In this document: piece by piece, positions 15,647 to 25,054 of the stretch
Numbering within the stretch: the first letter of the stretch is position 1
Layout: every line of letters starts with the position of its first letter
Source: Candidatus Saccharimonadota bacterium
GTDB taxonomy: Bacteria > Patescibacteriota > Patescibacteriia > 2-12-FULL-60-25
Assembly: GCA_016699205.1 (NCBI GenBank)
Contig: CP064964.1
Coordinates: forward strand, 510,001-542,000
Reading direction: 5' to 3'
Length of the DNA stretch: 32,000 bases
The notes under the pieces: generated by a model
The model's input: only the letters and a program-made list of their open reading frames with translations
Told to the model about the DNA's origin: nothing
The model's database searches: none
Program-made: the position numbers and the translations under genes

Positions 15647-16054
15647 ATGCAACTTCCTCAAGAACTCCAGCACTTTGAAAATCCTTCACTTATCCTGGTT
15701 GCCGATCATGTGCATGCTCAGTTTTGGCTCGCTCATGGAGAGACCTTGGAAGAGGTCGATGTGGTCGCACTCCCCAAAGATACGCATTCCGATAATGAGG
15801 GACTTGTGATTGGACAAGAGCTCTCCGATGACAACCGCCTGCACGAGTATATCCATTTGCTCGTTGATCGCTTGGAGCAAATTATGGGTGAAGGCGTGGC
15901 CGATTCCCTCCATCTCGTTATGAGCGCCGACTTGGCCAATGCCGTGCTTGATCACTCAAATACAGAGGTTCAAGAACAGGTTGGAAAACAATTGCACCTT
16001 GATTTGATGAAGGAAGAGCCGCTGGAAGTCGTGAAGCGTTTGTTGGCGGCCTAA
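15647..16054 (+). CDS. Small acidic protein, host-attachment-protein / baeRF-like (tentative)
   Basis: 135 aa, starting 3 nt after the gpsA stop. LILVADHVHAQFW... and LHLVMSADLANAVLDH...LDLMKEEPLEVVKRLL resemble the Host_attach/eRF1-like pattern from memory. Confidence 0.45.
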   Translation: MQLPQELQHFENPSLILVADHVHAQFWLAHGETLEEVDVVALPKDTHSDNEGLVIGQELSDDNRLHEYIHLLVDRLEQIMGEGVADSLHLVMSADLANAVLDHSNTEVQEQVGKQLHLDLMKEEPLEVVKRLLAA

Positions 16055-16980
16055 TACCAAAAGCCAACGAGATAGGTCGTTGTGAAGCCACTCGAGCCTG
16101 CGTAGTCGTTGGAGATCGCTTGGTCGATCAGGAGCCAGCGCTTGGGGCGTAAAGCCCCGATGGTGGCGGCTATGGCGGGTCCGTTATCGGTGAAAGCGTC
16201 TTTGGCCGAGGAGAAAAAATTGATATCAGAATCGACGAGGGCCTGTTTGGTAGCCTCGTCGTTTTTGATTGCGACGGAATCGTCCAGATAATGCGACATG
16301 TCCGAAGATACGAGGATGAAATTTCCGCGCTTGGATTCACCTTCGAGCCACTTGGCGAGCTCTGCTCGTTGAGCATTGGTGATCGAGGACTTTATGACGA
16401 CAGGAACGATCGAAGCATCAGGTAGAACGCGGTGCAAAAACGGTATCAGTACGCCGACTCCATGCTCGCGATCAAAAAGTACCGTACTCTCCCCTGCCGT
16501 TGGGACTGCTTCGAGGAGTCGGTCTACGGATTTTTCATCGACAGTGACGATGGCGCCAGCTGTTGCATAGGATTTGCGATGCGTTGTAACGGGCGCGCTA
16601 CCTGCGTTGAAATGATCAGGTGACAAGATGATGACGGTTCCTGTTTGGGGTCGACAGCGAGCCAACTCGCGCATGACTTTTACAATGAGATCGGAAGCTA
16701 ATGCGTGATGGTTTACGATGGCTCCACGATAGGACTCGCAAGCACGTGTTTCAAACCGGGTTGACCAAGCCGATTCATACAGTTCCGGCACGAGAAATTT
16801 ATCTGCGTCGATTGGGTAGGTGTCAGGTTTCAGGTTTCGGTTTTCAGTGAAGCCAGAGACCGGCTCCGTTTTTTCTGCCACTGACACCTGAAAACTGACA
16901 CCTGAAAACTGCCCTCGGTATGCCAAAAGCCCCGCGAGAGCGAGGCTTAAGGCAATCAATGGAATGATGAGGCGCTTCAT
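16051..16980 (-). CDS. Memo-like (AmmeMemoRadiSam system protein B family) protein with N-terminal signal/anchor
   Basis: MKRLIIPLIALSLALAGLLAY signal/anchor, GAIVNHHALAS..., VIILSPDHF, ILVSSDMSHYL. The ATG (16978-16980) overlaps the TGA of the upstream A2M-like gene (ATGA). Confidence 0.6.
   Translation of the reverse strand: MKRLIIPLIALSLALAGLLAYRGQFSGVSFQVSVAEKTEPVSGFTENRNLKPDTYPIDADKFLVPELYESAWSTRFETRACESYRGAIVNHHALASDLIVKVMRELARCRPQTGTVIILSPDHFNAGSAPVTTHRKSYATAGAIVTVDEKSVDRLLEAVPTAGESTVLFDREHGVGVLIPFLHRVLPDASIVPVVIKSSITNAQRAELAKWLEGESKRGNFILVSSDMSHYLDDSVAIKNDEATKQALVDSDINFFSSAKDAFTDNGPAIAATIGALRPKRWLLIDQAISNDYAGSSGFTTTYLVGFWY
16818..16911. repeat. Imperfect ~94-nt palindrome inside the Memo-like gene. 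It contains two tandem copies of ACTGACACCTGA(AA).
   Basis: The left arm aggtgtcaggtttcaggtttcggttttcagtg (16818-16849) pairs with the right arm cactgacacctgaaaactgacacctgaaaactg (16879-16911) at about 25 of 32 positions by hand. The insert is in frame and encodes QFSGVSFQVSVAEKTEPVSGFTENRNLKPD just after the signal peptide. Confidence 0.6.
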
Positions 16981-19900
16981 TTCACGATAACAATTTCATC
17001 TTGGCCGACCGAGGCGATGGATGGATATTGGCTGTGCTGGATAAGAGGCGCTTCTGCAGTGAATGTTCCGCGCGTGACGACGCGTGCCGTATAGCGGATT
17101 TCATCAGCCCGCTTACCACAGTGCATGAAGGAGACCGCGCCGTTCAAAGATTCATACGGATACCAGTCGGTGGTGTATTCATACGGATTTCCGAGTACGG
17201 CCTGCCAGCCACCCGGGAGATTATCCGTGACTTGGTAGCAGCCATCGATGGCTTTGGCTGTGAATTCCGGGCGGAGCGTGATGGTGACGGTATCGCCTTC
17301 ACGCAAGTCGGAAAGGTTACGGTTGTCACTCGGGCGATAGGTGCGGCCGATGGCGACTTCTGGCTTGATTCCGGCTTGCCTGGCGTGCGGCGCAAGAAGC
17401 TGACTGTGACTGGTCCATCGACCGAGGTCACACGGAAATTGCGGGCTTCCGCTGCCGTAAGCGTCAGACGCTGTACCGGCTCGTCCTTGAAGAGGAGCGT
17501 TCTGTCGTCAGAACCTAGGGTGTAGGTGAGTTTAATCTCTCGATCAAGGACGGTAGGAAGGACGGACTTGATATAGCGAGCTTTGGCGAGCACCGGGAAA
17601 GCATCGCTGCTCCAGATGGAATCGACGTAGCGGCGGAGAGCAGCGGATTTTGGATGCGCGAGTGCTGCCGCGAGAGCGGCGGCGTCAGCGGAAGCCTCGA
17701 TGTTGTCTAGCTCCGCGTTGGAGACTTCGAGCCATGTGAGATTATCACGATCGACAGAGCGGGCTAGCAAGCTTTCAAGCAAACCGCGAGCGCGTTCACG
17801 GTCGCCAGCAGCGTTCAGGCCGCGGGCAATCGCCAATTGTTCACGCCAGGAGAGATCTTTAATGTCAGCGGCGGTTTGCAAGCTTGGCAAGACAGGTTCA
17901 CCGAGAGCTGCGAGACCAGAAAGTGACTGTAGTTGAATTTCACGGCTTGAGGATTTGTCATCGAGACGATTCCAGAGCGAGGCGGCCATGATTTTGGCGT
18001 CGATAAGCTCTGGAAGTGAAGCGGCAACCTCTGCTGTCAGCTCGATGTCCGTGCTGCCGTATGGCAAGAGATACATTTGTCCGTCTTCACTCTGATATTT
18101 GGCGGCGTCGGCGGACAACTCTTGATCTGTTGGCATCATGTCCAATTTTTCTCCATAGGTTTCGCGCAAGGTACGCAAGGCATAGCGCTGAGCGAGCTTG
18201 GCATCGGAACGGCTGGAGCCGGACCAGATCAGATCGTACAAATACGGGAGAAGCATGGCACGATTTTTGGCTGTAAGAATGATTTCTGCCTCCGCTTGTC
18301 CAAGTTCAAAGATCGCTGATCCTGGAGCTGCGTCGGCGGAGACAAACTCGTCTTTCAGGAAGCGCGACGAATCAATGGTGAGCTCACGTTCAACGGCATC
18401 ATTTCCTTGGGCTGACTCGACGCCGATCACGACCTTGTGACGACCAGGAACGAGCGTATCGATCGCGACATAGGACGGTTCAAGAGCCTTGCCAGTTACG
18501 CGTGCCGAGCGCAGACCAAGGGAAGGTGCATCAACGATAAAGGTCACGGCTGCGCCTTCTGGAAGACCAGCGCCATACGCACGGAGTTTGAGAACAGGCT
18601 TATCCGAGATGAGGAGGCGCGGAGGAAGAACCGCTTCCACGAATACCGGTTTGGAGACGTTCACGTCGAGGCGGCCGGAACCGGCTTCAAGCGCGCCGGA
18701 CAAACCGACGAGCTCCAAACGCCAGCCCGTAATATTGTCAGGAGCTTGGAAGGAGAAGCGACCTGTTCCATTGCTATCGGATTCGACGACTCCAAAGGCG
18801 GCTGTGTCTTTAAAGTTTTTGCGTGCCGATGATTGAAGCGCTCCGTTACCGCCGCCACCTTTTTCTGCACCTCCAAAACCGTCATAGATTTCCTCGTGAG
18901 AACGGGCCGAGAAGATGAAGCCGTCTTGGACAAAGCCATAGAGAGCATCAAGCGGACGCGCTGGATCATCGTATGAGAGAGCGAGAAGAGCTTTGTCGAC
19001 TGCCGAGTAGACGAATTTCAAATCACGAACTGGCTGACCTGTTGATTTGAGATTTGCCGTGACCGTGACATTCACATTTTCACCCGGCATGTAGCGTTCT
19101 TTATCGGTTTTGGCCGTGACTTCCAGCTCGCGATCCGCGGCGCGGAAGAACGCGGTGTTGCGTACCTCGACAAATCTTCCGTTCTGCCAAGTTACGCCGT
19201 AGACCTCAACGTTTGGGATCATGCCCATCTCCATACGGAATGGGTAGCGGTTGGAACTTAGAACTTTCACGTCTTTCAGGCCGCGGCTGGCGAGCAGGTA
19301 CAAGACACCCGGAGTTTTGGAGACATCCAGAGGATCGTTTCCAATGCGGAACTCGGCGGACAAATCTTGATCGAGCGGGTAGCCTATGACGGTTGCATCG
19401 CCCTTGGATTCTGGAAGCAGGGCGAGAGATGGCTCTTTGTTTTCATCCGGGGTGTAGCGCGCATAGGTACCGTAACCACCTGGCCAGACATAACGAATCT
19501 CACGCAGGAGGCGGCCCGCGTCATCGCGAGCTTCTGCGAGCAAGATATAGTCCTTAGCCGGATCCATCGTGAAACTATAGGAGGCTTGGCCGCGGGCGTC
19601 CGTCGTTACCGTAGCGCGGGTCGCTGCCTCATAACGCGCCTCGTAGCGGAATTGCTCAATGTTCTTCTTCTCGATTGTATCGTAGTAGAAGCCGGTAGAG
19701 ATACGCTCCCAGCGCCAAGGAATAACCGTGATGTCAGCCGGATGATTGGCCCAGACATTAGAGCGACCGGCGTCGTTAGCTTCAAATGCATTATGCCAAA
19801 GCTCGATGACTGCATTCGCCTGTCTATCCTTTACCGAGAGGTTCATGTTCATGCCGATTTCACTGCGGCGCACGTTCACACTCGCGCTGCCGCGAATATC

Positions 19901-22216
19901 CCCTTCTTCACCCGTGGTCGGACGAACTTCGATCGAGAGGCGGTCCTCCGGATAACAAGAGAGGTAGTAAGGGTCGCGCATCTGTGTCGTATCTGGAATG
20001 ACGGTGCCGCATGGCACGTTCGTCGGCTTCACTTCAAAACGGGCGGTGCCGTTGGCATCGGTTTCTAGATCGAGAACCGTGTCCCCGCTCGGGATACGGG
20101 CTGACAACTCAAGCTTCTGACGTGGTACAGGAGTGCCGTCAAAAAAACGGACGCGGACTGTTCCAGTCAGAGTTTCGCCAGAGTAGATCGACAAACGGTC
20201 TGGTACGACTTCAATACTGTAAGCCGGCTTGATGAACTCACGCACTTCAATGCTGCGCGAGGAAATCGTGCGGTTGTTGCGGCGCAATTCAATCGTGTAG
20301 TAGCCCTGCGAGAGCTCGTCCCAAGCGAGACGGCCTTCAAAGCGACCGGCAGCATCGACGTTAATGTCCTGCTCTTGATAGACTTTCTCGTTTCCGGTGC
20401 CAAAATCGATCCAGTAATTTGATTTGCGCAGGCGGATGCTCAAACGATCGGAAGGGGCGCGGCGGCTTTCACGATCTTGGGCGAGTCCGAAGAAGCGGAG
20501 CTCATCGCTTACGCGATAGAGAGGTCGATCGGCGTACAAGTAGCTGACGGTGTCAGAAATAAATTGATCCGGGTTACCAAAATCAAAGGCGTAGATGTCA
20601 TATGACTTGCGAAGCACCATGAGCGCGGAGATAGCCCCGTCGCCGACTTCCAAAATCGTAAATGGATAGACATCGCCAGGCTTGGTCGTCGTGCTCGTGA
20701 GTGCCGATGGGGTCTCAAGACGACCCAAACCGTTACCATCGGTGTTGGTGGTCTTGCCGTTCAAGCGGAGCGGCAAATTGGAGAGCGGACGATTGGTTGC
20801 CGGATTTACCGCCCAGACCAAAAGCGTATCTTTGTCGGCCTTGAGATAAGCAGCGGCGTTGTTGACCTGGATAAAGGTCCATGAGGCGCGGACGCTACGC
20901 GAGGCAACCGGATCAAGCCGGACGGCGTAGTAACCAGGTTCCTGGATCGGAGGGAGAGCGATGGATTTTTGATAGTCTTCGTCGATCAATTTGGCATCGG
21001 CTTTGAAAGCTTCTGTTTTGGCGGCCTGCTCAAAATCGGCGTAGCGCTGCTTCTCGGCGACAGTCCATGATGGGATCGTTAAGCGCTTTTCAAGAAGAGC
21101 CTTAGCTTCCTCGCGCGACAAGCGATATCCGGTGACGCGCATGCCCTGAAGGGCGGTCGATACGCCGTATGGGAGGCTGATGGAAATGTCTTTTCCTGGT
21201 TCAAACTGATAGCGCTCGCTTACTGGAACAAATACAACATCCGACGCATTGGCGAGTGATGGAGCATCGGTTTCAAAACGGAGACGGATATCATCATTCA
21301 ATGCCAGTTCGCTGCCGGCGATATTGAAACCTTTTTTCAGGACGACTTCGTAGCGCGTTCCATCGGCCAAGGGACGCTTGGGAACAAAGGTGAGCGTACG
21401 GCCTTGGGTGCGGAACTCGCCCTCGACAGAAGGAGAGATGGAAAAATGGGCGGCCGGGTCGACCCAACCGTCGCGGGAGAGCTTGAATTCGATACCGGTA
21501 TTCGTCGGGACGCGGCTAGCTCCGTCGCGCGGGATCGAAGAGAGAAGACGGAAGTCGTTTTTGGTCTGGAGAGCCCAGGAAAACTCGCGCGCTTGGGACT
21601 CGCCGTTCTCGGAGATAGCGGTGGCGATGGTGACGCGATAAATCTCACCCGGAGCGAAGGATTCTTCCGGAGTAACCTTGAAGGTGTTGTTGCCCGTCGA
21701 CTCGATAGCGACATCTACCGGAGGGACAATGCGCAGAGCTTGGCGAAGCTCGTCGGTTGTGACATCGACTTTGGAGGTGACGGTGAGCGCCGAGTTAGCA
21801 TCCATGCCTGCGGCGTCAGATTTGTCGGCCAAGACCGTGAAGGCATCAGCAGCGTGGGCGGCCGGGATCGATAAGGCGCGGACAATCGAGACTGGGCGGA
21901 CGCCAGAGAGGCCGCCTGGGCGATTGGTGACCATGATCGCCAAAATAAGGACGGCAGCAAGGCCGGCAACGGCGAATGTTGGCCAAACGGGCAGGCGGAA
22001 GCGCGTTTTAGCTGCTTTGGCTGGCGCTTCTTTTTTGGATGGGGCGGGCATAGCGAGTTTTTTGGTGGCTGAGACAAGAATTTGATCGCGAATCGAGGCT
22101 TTTTTAACGGGATCGAGCGTTTCTGATGGTTTTTTGGCCAAATCCGAAACCGCCCGTGACGTTTCTTGGAACGGACGGGACTCTAGGTCATGACGACGGT
22201 TAAGGGGTTCGGACAT
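16977..22216 (-). CDS. Alpha-2-macroglobulin family protein (about 1745 aa if repaired), N-terminally membrane-anchored, no thioester motif seen; frameshifted near 17355-17377
   Basis: RKNFKDTAAFGVVESDSNGTGRFSFQAPDNITGWRLELVGLS matches the A2M-domain signature. Many MG-like beta repeats are present. No CxEQ motif was found. Track ORF 17144..22216 ends in low-complexity junk. ORF 16977..17306 (extendable upstream to KPEVAIGRTYRPSDNRNLSDLREGDTVTITL...YQVTDNLPGGWQAV) is the genuine C-terminal domain in the +2 frame. Confidence 0.75.
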
Positions 22217-22814
22217 AAGTGGCTAGATATTTGGTGCGCAATCGACCCAAGGCGCGATAGACGAGAACGGATGCGTGATTGGGCGTGATGTCCATCGTCT
22301 TGGCAATTTCTTCCGGTTCCATGCCGGCAAAGAACTTGAGGTCGAGGATTTCCTGATCGCGCGGCGACATCGATTTTATTATTTCCACTATTTTGTCGCG
22401 CTCAAGGGAAAGCTCGGCATGCCAAGCAGGTTGATCGATCGGAGAGGGCGGGTCCCAGTCTTCCTCGACTTCTACATCGAGACGGACTTTGGCGCTGCGC
22501 CAGTGATCCGTGAGTGCGTTGGTGGCGGCGCGGAAGAGATAAGCGGAAAGCGAGACGCCTTGCCATTCGATACCAGGAAGATTCTCGATGAATTTCATGA
22601 AGACCTTGGAGACGAGGTCTTCTGCTGTTTCTTTGTGACCGCAGCGCTTTAACAGGAAACCGTAGACGCGATCTGCGTAGCGGTCATAAATAATGGCGAC
22701 GGCCTGCGGGTCAGATTTTGCGCGCATCAAAAGCGCCTCTTCCGATTGAACACTTTCATTGTGCGATGCGCTATCTGACATAACGATCCGTCTTGCGGAT
22801 GATGACGCCAGCAT
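22200..22814 (-). CDS. ECF-type sigma-70 family RNA polymerase sigma factor
   Basis: Region 2: IYDRYADRVYGFLLKRCGHKETAEDLVSKVFMKF. Region 4: SPRDQEILDLKFFAGMEPEEIAKTMDITPNHASVLVYRALGRLR. The start could instead be the ATG at 22781 (MSDSASH). The 3' end overlaps the A2M-like gene start by 17 nt. Confidence 0.8.
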   Translation of the reverse strand: MLASSSARRIVMSDSASHNESVQSEEALLMRAKSDPQAVAIIYDRYADRVYGFLLKRCGHKETAEDLVSKVFMKFIENLPGIEWQGVSLSAYLFRAATNALTDHWRSAKVRLDVEVEEDWDPPSPIDQPAWHAELSLERDKIVEIIKSMSPRDQEILDLKFFAGMEPEEIAKTMDITPNHASVLVYRALGRLRTKYLATYVRTP

Positions 22815-22839
22815 AGCAGATAGGCTATGATCCGGTCAT

Positions 22840-23109
22840 ATGATCCATCTCGACACCTTGAATCGGGGCGAACTGTTCAATGAAATTGCGGAATTGGCGC
22901 GGGCGCAGGGAGTGAACACAAAAGATGTCTGGTCGCAGCTCGTGAACGAAGTTTTGGATAGCCACTTGTCCGATGCGGAGCTTGATCCGGATAGCGATTT
23001 GATCGGACTCAAAACGACACTTACCGATATGTGGGAGGTCTACGAGTCAACGGCTGGAGAAGAGACATCTGACGCGATCGCCGAAGATCCGGAGAAGCCG
23101 CATGCGTAA
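22840..23109 (+). CDS. Hypothetical small acidic protein (89 aa)
   Basis: ATG-initiated ORF divergent from the sigma gene. No family recognised. Confidence 0.5.
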   Translation: MIHLDTLNRGELFNEIAELARAQGVNTKDVWSQLVNEVLDSHLSDAELDPDSDLIGLKTTLTDMWEVYESTAGEETSDAIAEDPEKPHA

Positions 23110-23122
23110 GCACACGCCCCAA

Positions 23123-23577
23123 CTGTACCGCCCCCTAGCCCCCTCCTGTGCTCAGGAGGGGGAATCGTATCCTTCGATACATTGTATTACGTGCTTAAGG
23201 TTTGTTTTTAGTTCTTCGTTTGTGAAACGAAGAACATGGATGTTGTGCGCTTGGAGAAATGCGTCGCGCTCCTTGTCGTAGCACTCTGTATCCCTTTCTT
23301 CATGGATTGGTCCATCGATCTCGATAGCGAGACGGGTCTTTGGGCAGTAGAAGTCCAAAACATAACGATCGACTCCGTATTGTCTCCGGAATTTCATTCC
23401 TCCTAAACGCCTGTCTCTGAGATATTCCCACAACGCTCTTTCGAATATCGTCGACTCTCTGCGAAGTTGCCGTCTTAGTTCTTTGTGAGAAGGATCGTTA
23501 TAGAGTTTTTGCATATTGTTTTGTTTTTAGAACATCCCCCTCCTGAGCACAGGAGGGGGAATGAGGGGGCGGTACAG
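23123..23577. mobile_element. DUF559 endonuclease cassette bounded by ~41-bp terminal inverted repeats (putative miniature selfish element)
   Basis: Left: ctgtaccgccccct-ag-ccccctcctgtgctcaggaggggga (23123-23163). The reverse complement of the right end (23535-23577) is ctgtaccgccccct-catt-ccccctcctgtgctcaggaggggga. Each repeat contains the hairpin ccccctcctg-tgc/agc-caggaggggg. Confidence 0.5.
23152..23514 (-). CDS. DUF559 (Vsr-like) endonuclease domain-containing protein
   Basis: TIFERALWEYLRDRRLGGMKFRRQYGVDRYVLDFYCPKTRLAIEIDGPIHE...YDKERDAFLQAHNIHVLRFTNEEL is the classical DUF559 pattern. The last 4 codons and the stop lie inside the left inverted repeat. Confidence 0.85.
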   Translation of the reverse strand: MQKLYNDPSHKELRRQLRRESTIFERALWEYLRDRRLGGMKFRRQYGVDRYVLDFYCPKTRLAIEIDGPIHEERDTECYDKERDAFLQAHNIHVLRFTNEELKTNLKHVIQCIEGYDSPS

Positions 23578-23580
23578 CTG

Positions 23581-23685
23581 TTAAATCAAGCACATCACAA
23601 CTGCAGCTCCTAACGCCATCGAGACGATGCTAATCGAGACGTAGATCGCCCATGGCTCTGGCGGATTGTCTTGCCAGAAGTTCAT
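23581..23685 (-). CDS. Putative 34-aa transmembrane micro-protein, translationally coupled (ATGA) to the upstream lipoprotein gene
   Basis: Hand translation: MNFWQDNPPEPWAIYVSISIVSMALGAAVVMCLI*. The ATG overlaps the TGA of 23682..24455. Not in the ORF track (under 60 aa). Confidence 0.35.
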   Translation of the reverse strand: MNFWQDNPPEPWAIYVSISIVSMALGAAVVMCLI

Positions 23686-24455
23686 GGGGAGATCAGGTCT
23701 GCGGGGCAATGCGCAAATGAGTCATGCGTCATTGCAAAGGCAACGGGTGCGAGGGCGCGGAGACGGGCTTCACGGATCATGAGAGCGTCTTCCGGGTGAT
23801 AGCCGGCCTCGGCGGCGAGTTCCGGCGGCGTGAAGATGTAGGAGCGGCCGCGAGAGACGATGTAGAGTGCGGACTCGGTTTGCACGAGTGTACCGTCGCG
23901 CAGGTTGAAGTCGGGATCGATGTCTCGGAATGATGACCACTCCGTGGTAACAAAGTCGTACCAGTCGATCCAGTCGGGATCACGGCCCCAAGAGCGCATG
24001 GCTTCCGGGGACGTAAGCCGTCGCTCCATCAAAGACCAGTTCAGGACGTAGAGATTCTCGTCTTCACCGGCGCCGTAGTAAGGAGCCCAGTCGAGGATAT
24101 CGGGGATCCAGAGCTCGTCTTCATCGCCAGGGAGACAGCGCTCTTCCTCGGCAGTCATGGGGATGGCGTCGCCGTCATCGAGACCGGCCTCTCCGAGGAG
24201 ATCGTCACCCGGAACAAAGACACGGCGGCCGCCGACCGCGACCATCCAGAGATCGCCGCGGTGGTCGGCGAGGAGGGTGCCGACGGGGTGGGTGCGGGGC
24301 CAGCCGTGGGAAGGATCATGGATTTCGAATGGCGTATGAAGAGTATGAGAGGCGTCGGGCATGAATCCCCCGTCTGCGGGCTGTGCGGACGCTCCATTCT
24401 CCAATACGCATGCATTCAGAAACAGGAACGCAATCAAACAGCCGATGGTGCGCAT
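23682..24455 (-). CDS. Hypothetical acidic lipoprotein (257 aa), very GC-rich
   Basis: MRTIGCLIAFLFLNAC is a signal peptide with a lipobox (L-N-A-C). AAGGAG lies 6 nt upstream of the ATG. No family recognised. Confidence 0.65.
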   Translation of the reverse strand: MRTIGCLIAFLFLNACVLENGASAQPADGGFMPDASHTLHTPFEIHDPSHGWPRTHPVGTLLADHRGDLWMVAVGGRRVFVPGDDLLGEAGLDDGDAIPMTAEEERCLPGDEDELWIPDILDWAPYYGAGEDENLYVLNWSLMERRLTSPEAMRSWGRDPDWIDWYDFVTTEWSSFRDIDPDFNLRDGTLVQTESALYIVSRGRSYIFTPPELAAEAGYHPEDALMIREARLRALAPVAFAMTHDSFAHCPADLISP

Positions 24456-24467
24456 CGATTTCTCCTT

Positions 24468-24492
24468 GAAGGTAGCAATACTTGCTACCTTC
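24468..24492 (-). promoter_or_regulatory. Perfect 11-bp hairpin between the ogt stop and the lipoprotein SD
   Basis: gaaggtagcaa-tac-ttgctaccttc. On the minus strand it directly abuts AAGGAG. There is no U-tract, so its role as terminator versus translational element is unclear. Confidence 0.3.
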
Positions 24493-24535
24493 TACTCCGT
24501 TGGAATAATTTTATTGTTTTGTCAAGCCCTCATCA

Positions 24536-25036
24536 TTAAGAATCTTGTTCCCAATCCAGCATCTCTTGTTTTCGCTTCAATCCCCAGCCAAACCCGCCGA
24601 GGCTGCCGTCGCTGGCGAGGACGCGGTGGCATGGGATGAGCACACCGATGGGATTTTTACCGCAGGCAGAGCCGACGGCGCGGAACGCGTAAGGCGCACC
24701 GACCGCTTTTGCGACATCTTTATACGATTTTGTTTTGCCGAATGGGATCGACATCATCGCTTTCCAGACTTTGATCTGAAAATCCGTGCCCTGGATTACA
24801 AATGGGACATTCTTTTTAGCTTTTGATTTTGTAAAAATCTTGGCCACGAATGGCTTTACCGCTTTATCGTCGCGGATGAGCTCGGCTTGAGGCCAAGCGC
24901 GTCGTAGCTCGTTCATTACCTTGCTCTGGTTATCGACAAAAGAGAGTTTGCAGAGCTTTTTATCGAGCGTCGCGATCAAACAAGAGCCAAATGGTGACGG
25001 GACGATGCCGTATGCGATTTTCAATGCGGATTTCAT
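24536..25036 (-). CDS. ogt: Methylated-DNA--protein-cysteine methyltransferase
   Basis: VLIPCHRVLASDGSLGGFGWGLKRKQEML contains the PCHRV active site. Confidence 0.85.
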   Translation of the reverse strand: MKSALKIAYGIVPSPFGSCLIATLDKKLCKLSFVDNQSKVMNELRRAWPQAELIRDDKAVKPFVAKIFTKSKAKKNVPFVIQGTDFQIKVWKAMMSIPFGKTKSYKDVAKAVGAPYAFRAVGSACGKNPIGVLIPCHRVLASDGSLGGFGWGLKRKQEMLDWEQDS

Positions 25037-25054
25037 GCGGGAACCTTAAAGCAT

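Noticed and set aside
16879-16911. Tandem 14-nt units (ctgacacctgaaaa x2) as a possible CRISPR or minisatellite.
   Set aside because: There are only two short units with no spacers. They lie inside a CDS and form part of a palindrome, so they are classified as an in-frame repeat element instead.
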